A stretch of 46,689 nt of DNA from the IMG/VR virus record IMGVR_UViG_3300005764_000027, positions 1-46,689 of that record. The stretch is one strand, 5' to 3'. A program made the position numbers and the translations under genes. Position 1 is the first letter of the stretch, and each line of letters opens with the position of its first letter. This DNA is from a virus (Duplodnaviria; Caudoviricetes). The notes under the pieces were generated by a model. That model was not told the origin of the DNA, made no database searches, and saw nothing but the letters and a program-made list of their open reading frames with translations. This document shows, piece after piece, positions 1 through 10,315 of the stretch.

Positions 1-545
1 GCCGCCGCGAGCGACGTGAGGTCCGCGTCCTTCGGTTGATAGAGCGCGCCCGCCTCGATCCAGGAGCCGGTCCCGAGATTCTGTTGGCGGACGTAATTTT
101 TGCTGTCGTTTGGAGGCTCGTTAATCAGTCCTTGCGGACCGGTCGCTCCGGTGTCGCCCTTGGGTCCTTGCGACCCGCGTTGTCCGGTGAGCGTCAAGCT
201 CCATTGCGTGACGAGATCGGTCCCGCTCGCGAGGTCTGGCGTGATCGTGATCGTATGTCCGGAATCATCCCAGGACTCCGCGGTGACGAGACCCTCGAGC
301 CATTGCGTCGCGTCGTTCGCGTTTGCGGCATGGACCCGCATCCCGACCGTTAGGCCGGTGTTGTCCTCGTTCAGGAGGAAACTTTTCGTCCCGCTATCGG
401 CGAGATAGTTGTCGGTCTCGCTCGTCCCATACATGAGGACTTGCGGCCCGTAAGGAGCCGCGACCGCGACGACCGACGTCGTGATCCCGTCGCTCGTGAC
501 TGGAGCGAGGCCGCGAGATTCGACGGTCAATGCGAGGATCGACAT
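1..545 (-). CDS. Tail fibre-like protein, truncated by window edge
   Basis: Not in ORF track (no stop). ATG at 545 reads MSILALTVESRGLAP...GQRGSQGPKGDTGATGPQG (short collagen) ...EPPNDSKNYVRQ...[14 protein letters not shown]; motifs shared with the fibres at 6793-10308. Confidence 0.75.
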   Translation of the reverse strand, partial: MSILALTVESRGLAPVTSDGITTSVVAVAAPYGPQVLMYGTSETDNYLADSGTKSFLLNEDNTGLTVGMRVHAANANDATQWLEGLVTAESWDDSGHTITITPDLASGTDLVTQWSLTLTGQRGSQGPKGDTGATGPQGLINEPPNDSKNYVRQQNLGTGSWIEAGALYQPKDADLTSLAA

Positions 546-557
546 GGCGCGCGCCTC

Positions 558-986
558 TTACCGTGTTATGCCCTGGACGATGGTGAGATCGATCATGCAA
601 ACGACCCTTTGAGTCGCGAGGGTGAGCTCGCCGAGAGGGCCGACATACTCCTTGCCGATGATATCGGCGACGTATTGCCCGGGTTGCTGGATCTTCATCT
701 CGTCGAGGTCGACGTTGATAATCAGGAAACCATAGTCGGGCGGCGTCCCGATGATGATCGATCCGTCCTCCGTCGTCGCATTGATTACGACCTGGTGATC
801 GGGAGCCGTGCGGCGGACCTCCATCTCGAAAACGATTCCGCGGAGATCCAGTTGCGGCAGCGCGGCCAGATTGGAGTCGTCGCCTCCCGTACCGACGAGA
901 AACTTGATCGAGTCGATCCAGTCCTCGTTAGTGCCGGTCTGGACGATCAAGCTGCAAAGCGGCATCGCGAGGAGGTTCGTCGGCAT
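558..986 (-). CDS. Hypothetical virion/tail-associated protein (BppU-N-like beta protein)
   Basis: 142 aa, tight operon spacing within the fibre cluster. Confidence 0.6.
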   Translation of the reverse strand: MPTNLLAMPLCSLIVQTGTNEDWIDSIKFLVGTGGDDSNLAALPQLDLRGIVFEMEVRRTAPDHQVVINATTEDGSIIIGTPPDYGFLIINVDLDEMKIQQPGQYVADIIGKEYVGPLGELTLATQRVVCMIDLTIVQGITR

Positions 987-996
987 GGCGCGCGCC

Positions 997-1485
997 TCAT
1001 GTGATCGGCGTAATGGCGGGCGGCCAATGCTCGTCCGCCGTCGGGTCCTGCGGCATTCCCGTCATATTGTTAGATGCGGCGCGGACGTCGTTAACGTATT
1101 TCCAGCCGCGAAGATATTCCGCCAAAAAGTCCTGCGGCATGCCGACCGGCCATTGCGTCGTGTCGACCCCATACTGTGATTGATAGTTGTTATATTGCGC
1201 GTTGTAATTGCTTTGCTTGTAATCCGGAAATGCCTTCGTGATCCGCCGCGCCGATTCCGCATTGACGACCGGGACGTAATCGTCGCGCCAATTGGAGGCG
1301 AGGATCGTTTGATAATGGTCGCGATCATTAAAGAGCGACGTGTCGGGGACGGACATGACCGTCGCGTCCGGACCGTGCCAGAGAGGATCGACGACCGTGT
1401 CATTGCGATAGCTTGCAAGGACGACGACCGGATCGGTTGGCGTCTCGTTCAATAGTTGCGCGCGTTTGACGAAGACTTGCGGCAT
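997..1485 (-). CDS. Tail fibre-associated/assembly protein
   Basis: 162 aa directly downstream of the fibre; RBS GGAGG; C-terminal PQDPTADEHWP typical of fibre accessory proteins. Confidence 0.6.
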   Translation of the reverse strand: MPQVFVKRAQLLNETPTDPVVVLASYRNDTVVDPLWHGPDATVMSVPDTSLFNDRDHYQTILASNWRDDYVPVVNAESARRITKAFPDYKQSNYNAQYNNYQSQYGVDTTQWPVGMPQDFLAEYLRGWKYVNDVRAASNNMTGMPQDPTADEHWPPAITPIT

Positions 1486-1503
1486 GGCCTTGTCCTCCCC
1501 TTT

Positions 1504-3297
1504 CTAGCCTACGAGCGCGCCCTCGCCCTTGACGACATAAGCGCCGTCGGCGGCAAGGACTCCCGGTGTTGGCGAGACGTATCCGATCCCGCCCGCGGCA
1601 GCGGTGTGGAGCAAAACGAGATAACTCAATCCGGTGCAAACCGCGTCGACGTTCCAGTTATAGATCGCTTGCGTGTAGTAGAGCGTGACCTGTCCGTTGT
1701 CGGCACAGTTGACGCCATATGTTCCATTGCAATTGAACCATGCGGTATCGGTCCCAAACCAGGAATTTTGATTGCAGACCATGCCGCCTTGAGAGGCAAA
1801 GACGCCGCCATTCGTGAATGACATGCACGCGAGCGTCGTGCATAGAATGCCGTTCTTCTGGCAGAAGGACGCAAAGCAATGATCCATTCCGATGACGCCG
1901 CCGCCGGAAAAACCAATATCGAGTCCCCAGCATGAGACATTGCTGCAAACGATCTGTCGACCGTTGCCAATCGCGACGCCGAGCCATCGTCCGACCGACG
2001 CGGGGCTCGCATAGCCCGGACCGCTAACGAGTATATCCTGGAGCCACGGATAGCCTGGTCCGACGTTTTGGATTCCGTAGCTTTTCGGATCGCCCGCGTT
2101 TGTCGCGGGGACCACGATCTCGACTCCGAATCGACTGCGGAGCATCGAGATATGCGCCGCGCCATCGGCGGCGCGTTGCGCGCTCGAGCTCCCGCTTTGC
2201 TGGAATAACGAGCCGGTGATCGCGCCCGGGATCTTCATCTCGCCGCGGACGATGATGCGCTCCGCGTTGGCGTGATTGATGACGAATGGATTATATCCGC
2301 CGACGATGGCCGGTCCCGCGGGCGGCGTTGCGATGTTTATCGGTCCCGCATTCTTCGCGAGGAGGATCGTCACGCGGGCATTCTGTGCGATGGTCTTTCG
2401 ACGGATCGCGAGGCATGCGTCCTCCGGCGTCGCAAATTGCGATGGGACGTTGAGCGTCACGTCCGCGCTGATTACCGGATTCGGCTGTATCCAGAAGCGC
2501 GCCCCGTCATAGATGAAAAGGACGACGTCCCCGACCTGGAGATCGCCCTGGAGCAATGCCGCGGTCCCGCCGCCGTTGGCGGCAATCGGTTTGTCGCCGA
2601 GATCGGGCGCGGTCCCCATGATGTGAAAGCGCGCGATCGAGCTCCCCGAATTCGTATTGTTGATCTGGACGAGGAACGGATCGCCAGCTTTGAGATTGTA
2701 GAGCGACGAATTGAGTCCGGTAAACGTCGCCTCGATAATGTTGGGCGTGCCGGAGAGGTCCTTGGCGAATGGAATGTTGATATAGTTGTTTGTCGTCGGA
2801 CCGGTGCCGGTCCCGCCTTGCCCGAAAAAATTGACGAGTTGGAAATTCGTCCCGTCGAAAGCCATCTCCGCAATGCCGTTCGCGCGAATGTCGCCGGCGG
2901 CGAGATCCGCTCCGGCCATTGTTTTGACGGCGACCGTTCCCGCGCCCGCATTGATCGTGACCGGGAGCGTGTTGTCCGCGGCGACGCGCACGCGCAACGG
3001 AAGACCGAGACTGTAGGAGGAGAGCGGCGGATCGACCGCGACCGAGAGCTTGTTGACGCTCCCGGTGTCCTGGACGTAGTTCATCCGTTGCGAGCGAATG
3101 CCCCGGAGCATTTGCATAAGGTCGGTCGCGTCGGGCGTGAGCTGTGATTTTTGAATGACCGCGACGATCTCCCGCATCGGATGCTCGAATGCGTCGGCCG
3201 GAGGGATCGATCCCTGTCGCCCTTCAACGGGATTGCCGTTGATATAGTGAGCGTTGTCGCCCTCGCTTTCGCGGCCATATGGCGGGACAAATTTCAT
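1504..3297 (-). CDS. Tail fibre protein
   Basis: Follows the gp48-like gene; N-terminal GSIPPADAFEHPMREIVAVI...LTPDATDLMQ baseplate-anchor type domain; two repeated beta modules; C-terminal beta-helix-like region. Confidence 0.85.
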   Translation of the reverse strand: MKFVPPYGRESEGDNAHYINGNPVEGRQGSIPPADAFEHPMREIVAVIQKSQLTPDATDLMQMLRGIRSQRMNYVQDTGSVNKLSVAVDPPLSSYSLGLPLRVRVAADNTLPVTINAGAGTVAVKTMAGADLAAGDIRANGIAEMAFDGTNFQLVNFFGQGGTGTGPTTNNYINIPFAKDLSGTPNIIEATFTGLNSSLYNLKAGDPFLVQINNTNSGSSIARFHIMGTAPDLGDKPIAANGGGTAALLQGDLQVGDVVLFIYDGARFWIQPNPVISADVTLNVPSQFATPEDACLAIRRKTIAQNARVTILLAKNAGPINIATPPAGPAIVGGYNPFVINHANAERIIVRGEMKIPGAITGSLFQQSGSSSAQRAADGAAHISMLRSRFGVEIVVPATNAGDPKSYGIQNVGPGYPWLQDILVSGPGYASPASVGRWLGVAIGNGRQIVCSNVSCWGLDIGFSGGGVIGMDHCFASFCQKNGILCTTLACMSFTNGGVFASQGGMVCNQNSWFGTDTAWFNCNGTYGVNCADNGQVTLYYTQAIYNWNVDAVCTGLSYLVLLHTAAAGGIGYVSPTPGVLAADGAYVVKGEGALVG

Positions 3298-3321
3298 CGT
3301 CGTCTCCCTCGCGTGTCTCTG

Positions 3322-4650
3322 TTATGGCGTGCCCGCCATGGGATCGCTCGTCCCGCTGTCGCTAAAGTTCATCACGAGCGCGGTCTGTGCGGGCTTCCAT
3401 CTGTTCAAAAGACATTGCACGTCTTCGGGCACGCCGATCCGAAGGTGCGGATCGACTCCGGCCTGGCCGCTCCCCGCGCGAAACCAATGATAAGCGCGCG
3501 AGCCGATATTGACGTACCACGCGAGTCGTTGCTCTGGCGGTCCGATGTACCATCGGAAATTTTTCGCGGTGTCGAGCGTGCCGTCGGCTTTGAGAGGTCG
3601 CGTCTCGCCGACCTGTGAGACGCCCGCCATGAACGGCGCGAATTCCCCGATGTATCCGTCCTCGACCTCATATCCGATAAATTTCATGAGCCAGATAAAA
3701 TAGTCGCGCGATTGCGTGCTGTTGCGCCAATCGACCAGCACGCCGTCGACCATGGAATATCCAGGCCACGTCATATAGAGGACGAGCATCTTTTGACGCT
3801 CGGCGACGCTTTGCGTGATCGGCGTCGTGACCTCCGTCACCGTGCGGAGGCTTTGATCCTTGAATTCGATCCCGGTCCCGTCGTCCAGGCCGGGATAGTC
3901 CGACGCCTCGCCGTCGACGCAATAGAGACCGAATAGATTGAAGTCCCCGGGGATCGTGACGTCGACCGTGAATTCCGCGAGCCATACCGTGATCGGGCCG
4001 CTCGCGTCGACGACCTTATTCGTCGCCTTCCGGATCGATATGCCGGTTCCCCAGGCGAGCGTCTCGTCGACGTTGACCGCGCCGTCCGCATTGACCCAAA
4101 TGTTCGCGCCGCTCGAGGTCTTCGTCGACTCGACGGAAACGATCACCCCGCGCGGGTCCGACCCGACCGATCTCCAGGTGATCGCGACGCGATGCTCTCC
4201 GGCCGCGAGGCCGGGGATATCCTGGCGCGCGAAATGCCCGCCGTCGGTGCCGTCCTCCAGGAGCGAGGAGAATTCCGGCGACGTCCGCGGCGTCAACGTC
4301 ACGTTGCTAAAGTATCGCCATTCATTCGACAGGACGGTCGGGCCGAATTGCTCCTCGATGCGAACGCCTGGAGGAAAGCAAACGTCGGGGAGACCCCATG
4401 ATGCTTCCCAATCGGGGAGGAGCTCGATGGTCTTTCGCGGATCGCTCTCGCGCTCCAGGAGATCGGCGGCGCGACTGTCGACATATCCCCAAACATTCGT
4501 TAGGCCGCGCGACGTCTTTACGAGAATGCTATCGCGCTTGCGCGGCCATGCGATCCCCAACGGGAGGAGCTTTAGGAACGAGACAAGATACTCGCGCCCG
4601 CCGCGTCGGACATGCCGGTCGCGATCCGGATATGCGAGCCTAGACGCCAT
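3322..4650 (-). CDS. Baseplate protein, Mu gp48/YmfQ (DUF2313)-like, with large insertion
   Basis: LLPLGIAWPR, ESDPRKTIELLPDWEASWGLPDVC, QSRDYF and CLLNRWKPAQT motifs; position after the J-like gene. Confidence 0.85.
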   Translation of the reverse strand: MASRLAYPDRDRHVRRGGREYLVSFLKLLPLGIAWPRKRDSILVKTSRGLTNVWGYVDSRAADLLERESDPRKTIELLPDWEASWGLPDVCFPPGVRIEEQFGPTVLSNEWRYFSNVTLTPRTSPEFSSLLEDGTDGGHFARQDIPGLAAGEHRVAITWRSVGSDPRGVIVSVESTKTSSGANIWVNADGAVNVDETLAWGTGISIRKATNKVVDASGPITVWLAEFTVDVTIPGDFNLFGLYCVDGEASDYPGLDDGTGIEFKDQSLRTVTEVTTPITQSVAERQKMLVLYMTWPGYSMVDGVLVDWRNSTQSRDYFIWLMKFIGYEVEDGYIGEFAPFMAGVSQVGETRPLKADGTLDTAKNFRWYIGPPEQRLAWYVNIGSRAYHWFRAGSGQAGVDPHLRIGVPEDVQCLLNRWKPAQTALVMNFSDSGTSDPMAGTP

Positions 4651-5731
4651 AAACGATATCGCCCAGGACGGCCATATGGCCCGGGCTCTCCATCACGTCG
4701 TCGGTCCAGTTGAGGAGATCGCACGAGATCACCCCCGGCGTATTCATGATCGCTTGCGCCTTCCATGTCGCGAAGATCGTTTGCCCTGGAGCGGCGAGCT
4801 CATAGAGCATCTGGAGGAGACTGTCCTCGATTGCCGCCTTCGTGTCCTCGTCGTTTGGCGTGAGGTTGCCGATCTTGACCTCGATGAATTGCTTCACTGG
4901 CGCGACGACCCAAAAGTCCTTGACCGCGACCGGCCGCACCGAGTCGATGTATTCCGTCACGGCGTCGATATCCTCGCCCCGCGGCCAGCCATCGTTATCG
5001 GCGCGCAGCACGTCGAAAAGGACGCGCACGGTGACGGTCCCGATCCCCATCTCCAGCGGCGCGCACCATGCGCGCGTGCATCCGGGAACGGCGAGCGCCC
5101 ATCGCACATAATCGTGCGCGGCCCCGCCGTGCGGCGGTTGCCGAATGCGCTGGAGGACGCGCATGCGAAGATCATCATCGAGCTCCGTGTCGGTGCCGCC
5201 AGTGAGAAGGACGACCTCCGCATTCGGCTGGACGTTTGCGAGCGTCGGGAGAATCGTTAGGTCCGTTCCGGGCTCCTGGTTACTGTCGGCCCCGGGATCG
5301 AGCGCGCGGATGCGGATTGCGACCGGCGCTTGACTGTCGGCCGTGACGGCGTCCTCCAGCGTTTGATATCCGACGCGCACGAGCCCGCCCTCGAGCGTGG
5401 TTCCGGCCGGGATGATGATCCCCGGAACGACGCCGACGAAATTCGCGGACCCCTCCGCATAGGTCGCCATCTTGCGGCCGATGGTGCCGTCCGCGTTCAC
5501 GAGCCAAATCTCCCCATGACGGTCGAGCCATTCGGTCTCCGCCGTCAACGGCAGCAGCTGCAAGGAAAGCCAGTCGATATAACGGAGCGTCAAATGCGTA
5601 AGGCCCGCCATGCCGTCGGCCATGACGCGAAGGACATTGTTGCCGATGAACGCCGCGCCATAGAGCGAGGCCGTGATATCGTCACGGATCATCTCGCGGA
5701 CCTGGCGGAGGGAGGGAGTCGTCCAGGGCAT
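4640..5731 (-). CDS. Baseplate J-like protein (Mu gp47)
   Basis: WLDRHG, GGTDTE..DDLRMRVL.RIRQPPHGGAAHDYVRWALAVPGCTRAW motifs. Confidence 0.93.
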   Translation of the reverse strand: MPWTTPSLRQVREMIRDDITASLYGAAFIGNNVLRVMADGMAGLTHLTLRYIDWLSLQLLPLTAETEWLDRHGEIWLVNADGTIGRKMATYAEGSANFVGVVPGIIIPAGTTLEGGLVRVGYQTLEDAVTADSQAPVAIRIRALDPGADSNQEPGTDLTILPTLANVQPNAEVVLLTGGTDTELDDDLRMRVLQRIRQPPHGGAAHDYVRWALAVPGCTRAWCAPLEMGIGTVTVRVLFDVLRADNDGWPRGEDIDAVTEYIDSVRPVAVKDFWVVAPVKQFIEVKIGNLTPNDEDTKAAIEDSLLQMLYELAAPGQTIFATWKAQAIMNTPGVISCDLLNWTDDVMESPGHMAVLGDIVYGV

Positions 5732-5735
5732 CGGC

Positions 5736-6254
5736 TTAGACCTCGCTCGACACTTGCATCATTTCGCTCCAGAGATATTGCCAGCGAAGCTCGATTGCGG
5801 TCTTCGGCCCGCGATAGACCCGGACCTCGACGTCGATCCGCTCCTTTCCGACGCGCGTCGCTTTGACGTCAATCGAGGAACAGACGCGCCGATCAATGAA
5901 GGGCTGGAGCGCGTCGCGGACGTAGCTCTCCGCGCGCACGACCGTCGCGCCTTCCCAATTGCCCGGGCCGGTGATCTTCGCGCGCCGGAGGAGCCAATGC
6001 TTGCAACCTATCGGCCAGCCGTTCCAGATATCCTCGGCCTCGTGATCGCCCCACCATCCGCGGCGATCATTGTCGTCGTCGACCGCCCACGGAAGAAAAT
6101 CATCCGGACCCGCGAGCGCGTCGGTCCCGACCGCGAGACGGATTGCGGTGGCGAGCTCCTCCTCCTCCGACAGAGTCCCGTCCGCCGCCTGGACCCAATC
6201 CATCAAAGTATTTTCGAGAAAGAATGTCGTGTTGCGGAGTTTGATATCCGTCAT
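5736..6254 (-). CDS. Baseplate wedge protein (Mu gp46-like)
   Basis: LATAIRLAVGTD...RRGWWGD...IGCKHWLLRRAKIT...RAESYVRDALQP motif. Confidence 0.9.
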   Translation of the reverse strand: MTDIKLRNTTFFLENTLMDWVQAADGTLSEEEELATAIRLAVGTDALAGPDDFLPWAVDDDNDRRGWWGDHEAEDIWNGWPIGCKHWLLRRAKITGPGNWEGATVVRAESYVRDALQPFIDRRVCSSIDVKATRVGKERIDVEVRVYRGPKTAIELRWQYLWSEMMQVSSEV

Positions 6255-6472
6255 CGCGTCGCCCCCGATTGATACGGCGTCGGTAGTGGGATCGCGTCGT
6301 CGATCTGTTTAATCCGATAGTTGCCCTCGCATCGGAGATGGACAAAGACCAGCGCGCCGTTAACCGTGCGCTGGAATATCTCGCCCTTATACGAGACGAC
6401 CTCGAAACCGTATTGCGCCTCGAGGCCGCAATATGCACAGACCGCGCGCGTGCCCTGGCCCATGGCGATCAC
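6251..6472 (-). CDS. Small hypothetical protein (CxxC...HxxC)
   Basis: 73 aa; 4-nt overlaps with both neighbours. Confidence 0.55.
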   Translation of the reverse strand: MIAMGQGTRAVCAYCGLEAQYGFEVVSYKGEIFQRTVNGALVFVHLRCEGNYRIKQIDDAIPLPTPYQSGATR

Positions 6473-6780
6473 AACATTTTATTGATTGCGTTCTCGGTCG
6501 CGCTCTGGAGCGCGACGTCGTCGATTGTCGAGTCGCCCTCCGGCGTGAGCGCGGCGCTCTGGACCGCGGCGTCCATGCAAACCGCCGGCGTGACATTCGC
6601 CGCCGCCATGTCGGGATTTTGGAAGGTGCTTTGCGCCCATCTGATCCGCGACGAATGCGCGGCGGTGTTCGCGGCCTCGCCGAAAATATAGTCGGCATAA
6701 TGCAAGCACGAGACTTTGATACGCCCGCGAAAGATCATGTTTGTCATGAGATTCGACGTCTCGACGTAGGTGAGCGCCAT
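6469..6780 (-). CDS. Hypothetical tail-associated protein
   Basis: 103 aa, RBS GGAGA, follows the fibre gene. Confidence 0.7.
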   Translation of the reverse strand: MALTYVETSNLMTNMIFRGRIKVSCLHYADYIFGEAANTAAHSSRIRWAQSTFQNPDMAAANVTPAVCMDAAVQSAALTPEGDSTIDDVALQSATENAINKML

Positions 6781-6792
6781 CGCGTTCTCCCG

Positions 6793-8985
6793 TTATCTGA
6801 CTCGCCGCGCGCGAATGTAGGACGAGACCATCGTCCAAGTCCCGGCGCACCATCCGATGCAATAGGCCCCCGTCGTGACCGAAACCGAGATGCGGACCGG
6901 ACCGGCGCAAGCGTAGCAATCGCCATTCGGCGCGATTGTGTCGGAGGTCATCCATCCGGCTTGCGACGTCGGCGTCCCGCTGGCCGTCCCAATTCCGAGA
7001 TAGCATTCGAGACCGACGGCAGCTTGAAAGACCATGCCGATTGACACATCCCAATCTCCGGGAGTGAGCGAGACCGACGTCCCGTTGAACCACGTCGCGC
7101 CCGCGAGCCCGCTCGAATTGTTGCTCGTGATCCCGCCGAGAAATTCCCCGACGAAGCCCGCGGGCGCGTTGTCGTTTGTCGGCGTGCCCTGGAGATCGAT
7201 CCGCTTGTTTGTCGGGTTCGTCGTAATTTGCGTGTAACCGGAAAACGCCGTAACCGCGAGGATCGTGTCGCTCCCTGCGGCGCTCCCGAATTGCGCGACC
7301 GTCCGACCGAAAGCCGCATTGTAGATCGTGACCGACGCATTGCCCTTGGACGTGAGAATGAGCGACACGTCGGACGAGCTTCCGACCGCGGAGAGCCGCC
7401 CTTGTGCCGCCGCGGCCGATAGTTGAGCGCCGTCTCCAGTCAGGCCCGATCCGCTATAGGTCTGGAAACTGCTAAAGGCTTGAAGGATCGAGCCGGTCCA
7501 TACGAGATTTGCATCCCCTTTGATCGTGGTCGCGCCCGTCCAGACTCCGACCTGGTTCGCGACCGGCGTCCCGACGTTGCTGACATTCCCGCCGCTCGCG
7601 GTCGCCGAGAGCGTGCCCGACGTGAACGTCAATCCCGTCCCGATGGTGACGAGGCTCCAGGTGTCGGCCGCGGAGCGATAATAAATCCCGGTCCCGCCGA
7701 GCGCCGCGAGCGACGTCAAATCCGCGTCGAGCGGTTGATAATTTCCCGCCGCTTGCGCGCCGATGGTTGTCCGGACTGTCGCGGCGTCGGCGTCGTCCAG
7801 GATCGTTTTGGCGAAGGCCGACACTCCGAGCGTCGAGAGCGCGGTCGAGGCGTCGGCGTCGTCGACCAGCGTCCGACCGAATGACGTGAACGTCGCGAGC
7901 GCCGCCGTCCCGCTCCCCGTGAAATACGGGACACGGTCCGCAGTCGACGCGAGACCCGCGAGCGCGGTGAGCTCAGCGTCGAGAGGTTGATACGATCCGC
8001 CCGCGGTCGAGATCGCGCTGGCGACGAATTGCGTCGTCGCGATGGACGTGTCCGCGTCCCCCGCCGTCGGGGTTGGTGCTCGAGGGTCTCCGGTGAAGAT
8101 CGGGGAGGCGAGCGGAGCCTTGCTCGTCACCGTCGCATTCGCCGAGACCCGCGCCTCGGTGTAGTAGAGATTGACCGATCCCTCCGGGACCGCATCGGTC
8201 GATCCGGGTGACGGCGATATCTCGACGTAAGCCGATCCCGACCAGCGATAGATTTTCCCGGTGTCGAGCGCGACATAGATCACGCCGGTCGCGCCGGTCG
8301 CGGGGAAGGCCGCGAGATTGGCATACTCGAGGACGTCGTCGACGTAAGACGGCAATTGCGCCGCGGGGACCTTGGCGGTCGCGTCGAGCGAGGCATATCC
8401 ATTCGCCGCGCCCTTCCTGGAGGTCTGTTCGAAGATCGAGGAGAGGAGCGCCCATCCGCCGGATTGTCGGCCATAGACATTGCCGTCGGTCGCGGCCTCG
8501 CCGACGACCGCATTGAGTATCCCGCCCGAAAACGTGAGATTGCCGCCAGTGACGACTGCGGTCCATGTGTTCGCCGCGGAGCGATAATAGATGCGGTCGA
8601 CGAGGCTCGCCGCCGCGAGAGAGGTTAGGTCCGGATCGAGCGGTTGATAGGGTCCTCCGCCTCCCGCCGCCGCGATGGCCGCCGAGACAAATCCGGTTGT
8701 GGCGACGGATGTGTCCGCGTCCCCCGCCGTCGGCGTCGGCGCTGTCGGATTGCCTGTGAACGCCGGAGACGCAATCGGCGCGAGCCCCGCGAGATCGCTA
8801 TCGCTGGCGAAGGCTCCGGCCCCGCCGACCGGGACGACGCTGGTCGCTTGGCCGGTTCCGTCATCGCCCTTGCCGATATAGAGGACGTCGCCGATGGCGT
8901 TATAGGCAAGCTCCGCGCTCGCGAGCGAGCCTGGAGGTCCCGCCGCTCCAGACGTGCGCCGTTTGATGCGGATCGTATCGGCCAT
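6793..8985 (-). CDS. Tail fibre/receptor-binding protein with Mtd-N/hyaluronidase-N-like head
   Basis: N-terminal IRIKRR...[10 protein letters not shown]...LYIGKG; repeated [24 protein letters not shown] and YQPLD.DLT.LA fibre modules. Confidence 0.8.
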   Translation of the reverse strand: MADTIRIKRRTSGAAGPPGSLASAELAYNAIGDVLYIGKGDDGTGQATSVVPVGGAGAFASDSDLAGLAPIASPAFTGNPTAPTPTAGDADTSVATTGFVSAAIAAAGGGGPYQPLDPDLTSLAAASLVDRIYYRSAANTWTAVVTGGNLTFSGGILNAVVGEAATDGNVYGRQSGGWALLSSIFEQTSRKGAANGYASLDATAKVPAAQLPSYVDDVLEYANLAAFPATGATGVIYVALDTGKIYRWSGSAYVEISPSPGSTDAVPEGSVNLYYTEARVSANATVTSKAPLASPIFTGDPRAPTPTAGDADTSIATTQFVASAISTAGGSYQPLDAELTALAGLASTADRVPYFTGSGTAALATFTSFGRTLVDDADASTALSTLGVSAFAKTILDDADAATVRTTIGAQAAGNYQPLDADLTSLAALGGTGIYYRSAADTWSLVTIGTGLTFTSGTLSATASGGNVSNVGTPVANQVGVWTGATTIKGDANLVWTGSILQAFSSFQTYSGSGLTGDGAQLSAAAAQGRLSAVGSSSDVSLILTSKGNASVTIYNAAFGRTVAQFGSAAGSDTILAVTAFSGYTQITTNPTNKRIDLQGTPTNDNAPAGFVGEFLGGITSNNSSGLAGATWFNGTSVSLTPGDWDVSIGMVFQAAVGLECYLGIGTASGTPTSQAGWMTSDTIAPNGDCYACAGPVRISVSVTTGAYCIGWCAGTWTMVSSYIRARRVR

Positions 8986-8988
8986 GTC

Positions 8989-10308
8989 TCAAAACGTGCC
9001 CCCATCCAGGACGTCACCGCTCAGAGCGAGCGCGGGATTCCAGGCCAAGTTGCGCCTGCCATATGTGACCCCATCGTTAGGCGCTTCGGGCACGCCCTCC
9101 GTCGGCGCGGTTGGCGTGCCGATGATCGTCGCGCTGATCGAGGAGCTCGGCGAGATCATGTCGAGCGAGAACGCCGGAGGGAGCGTGATCGGAGGCCAAT
9201 CGGCGAGGACGTCGTATGCGATCACGTCGTCGACCGTCGTGAGCGCGTTGACCTCCGCGATCTTCTGGTTCCGGATTAGCACCAGCTGATTAGTGCGGTT
9301 CGCGATCCCTTGCATGATCGCGCTCGCCTCCGGTGGCGTGACCGGGACCGCCGACGTATGACCGATGGGAATCCATTGCACGTTGGTCGCCGCGACGTCG
9401 GTGATCGGCGTCCAGGAGACGCCGCCGCCATAGCTGATCGTGAGAAAATCGTCGGTCAATTGCGAGACCGTGTAATTGCTCACGTTCGCAAACGGCCAAG
9501 TGTTTTTCCCGATGGATGCGCTCAACCCTGGCGAGGCGTAATACTGATAGCTGCCATCGCCTAGATCGCGCGTCGTTCCCTGTAGCTTTACGTTGATCGT
9601 ATTCGTCCCGCTTCCCGCGTCCCCCAGGATCGTATCGTTTATGTGATTGCGTGCGAGATTGCCGTTAGTCGTGATCCCGTTATTGATCTCGTCCCGGAGG
9701 GAGATGGAGTTGGGGTCCCATTGATTCACGATCCGCCAATTGATCGACGCGACGAGTTGATCCCCGATGGCGACGACGTTCGAATTGATTTGCGAGACAA
9801 TCGACGAGTCGATGGAGTTCAATCCCGGGATCGCCGAATTGAGCCGCGCGATGATCTCGTTAATTTTCGTGATCGTGTTCTGGATCGTCGGCAGCGAGCC
9901 CGCAAACATCGCGTCGTCGCTCGCGTCCCACCAATAATCTCCGGCCGCGACCGGATAGTGATACGGCGCTTGCCGCTGGACCTCGAATATCACTTTGATT
10001 AGGTCGACCTGGACTTTCTTCGCCTGGTCGAGGAGGAGGTCCTTGTCTTTGAGCCGCGTTAGGAATTGCTGGAAAATCGGGACGTATGGAGTGACGTCGA
10101 CGAATTGCTCGCGGAGCCCGTTGAGGTTCGCGCCTTGCCCGTCATTCGCGTCGACGATCTGGCGCTCGATCTCGCCGCGGCCCTCTTGCCAGTTGATATG
10201 ATAGAGATCGGGATCGTCGACGAGGAGCTCGGAGAAATCCATCCCCGAGATCACGGCGTTGTCGACGCACATATTCACAGGAGGATCGAAGTGCATCCAC
10301 CATCGCAT
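8989..10308 (-). CDS. Tail fibre-associated protein (DUF4376-like C-terminal part)
   Basis: C-terminal KIAEVNALTTVDDVIAYDV...W; EAPNDGVTYGRRNLAW motif; ends LDGGTF. Confidence 0.6.
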   Translation of the reverse strand: MRWWMHFDPPVNMCVDNAVISGMDFSELLVDDPDLYHINWQEGRGEIERQIVDANDGQGANLNGLREQFVDVTPYVPIFQQFLTRLKDKDLLLDQAKKVQVDLIKVIFEVQRQAPYHYPVAAGDYWWDASDDAMFAGSLPTIQNTITKINEIIARLNSAIPGLNSIDSSIVSQINSNVVAIGDQLVASINWRIVNQWDPNSISLRDEINNGITTNGNLARNHINDTILGDAGSGTNTINVKLQGTTRDLGDGSYQYYASPGLSASIGKNTWPFANVSNYTVSQLTDDFLTISYGGGVSWTPITDVAATNVQWIPIGHTSAVPVTPPEASAIMQGIANRTNQLVLIRNQKIAEVNALTTVDDVIAYDVLADWPPITLPPAFSLDMISPSSSISATIIGTPTAPTEGVPEAPNDGVTYGRRNLAWNPALALSGDVLDGGTF

Positions 10309-10315
10309 GACGCGA

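Noticed and set aside
3715-4380. Intein in the gp48-like gene (CFPPGVRI start; VDGVLVDWRN-S end)
   Set aside because: The Cys belongs to the conserved GLPD.C host motif, no TxxH block or terminal HN is present, and host-like sequence (QSVAERQKMLVL) lies inside the supposed intein
1-10308. Diversity-generating retroelement acting on the Mtd-N-like fibre
   Set aside because: No reverse transcriptase and no TR/VR pair differing at adenines were seen in the window
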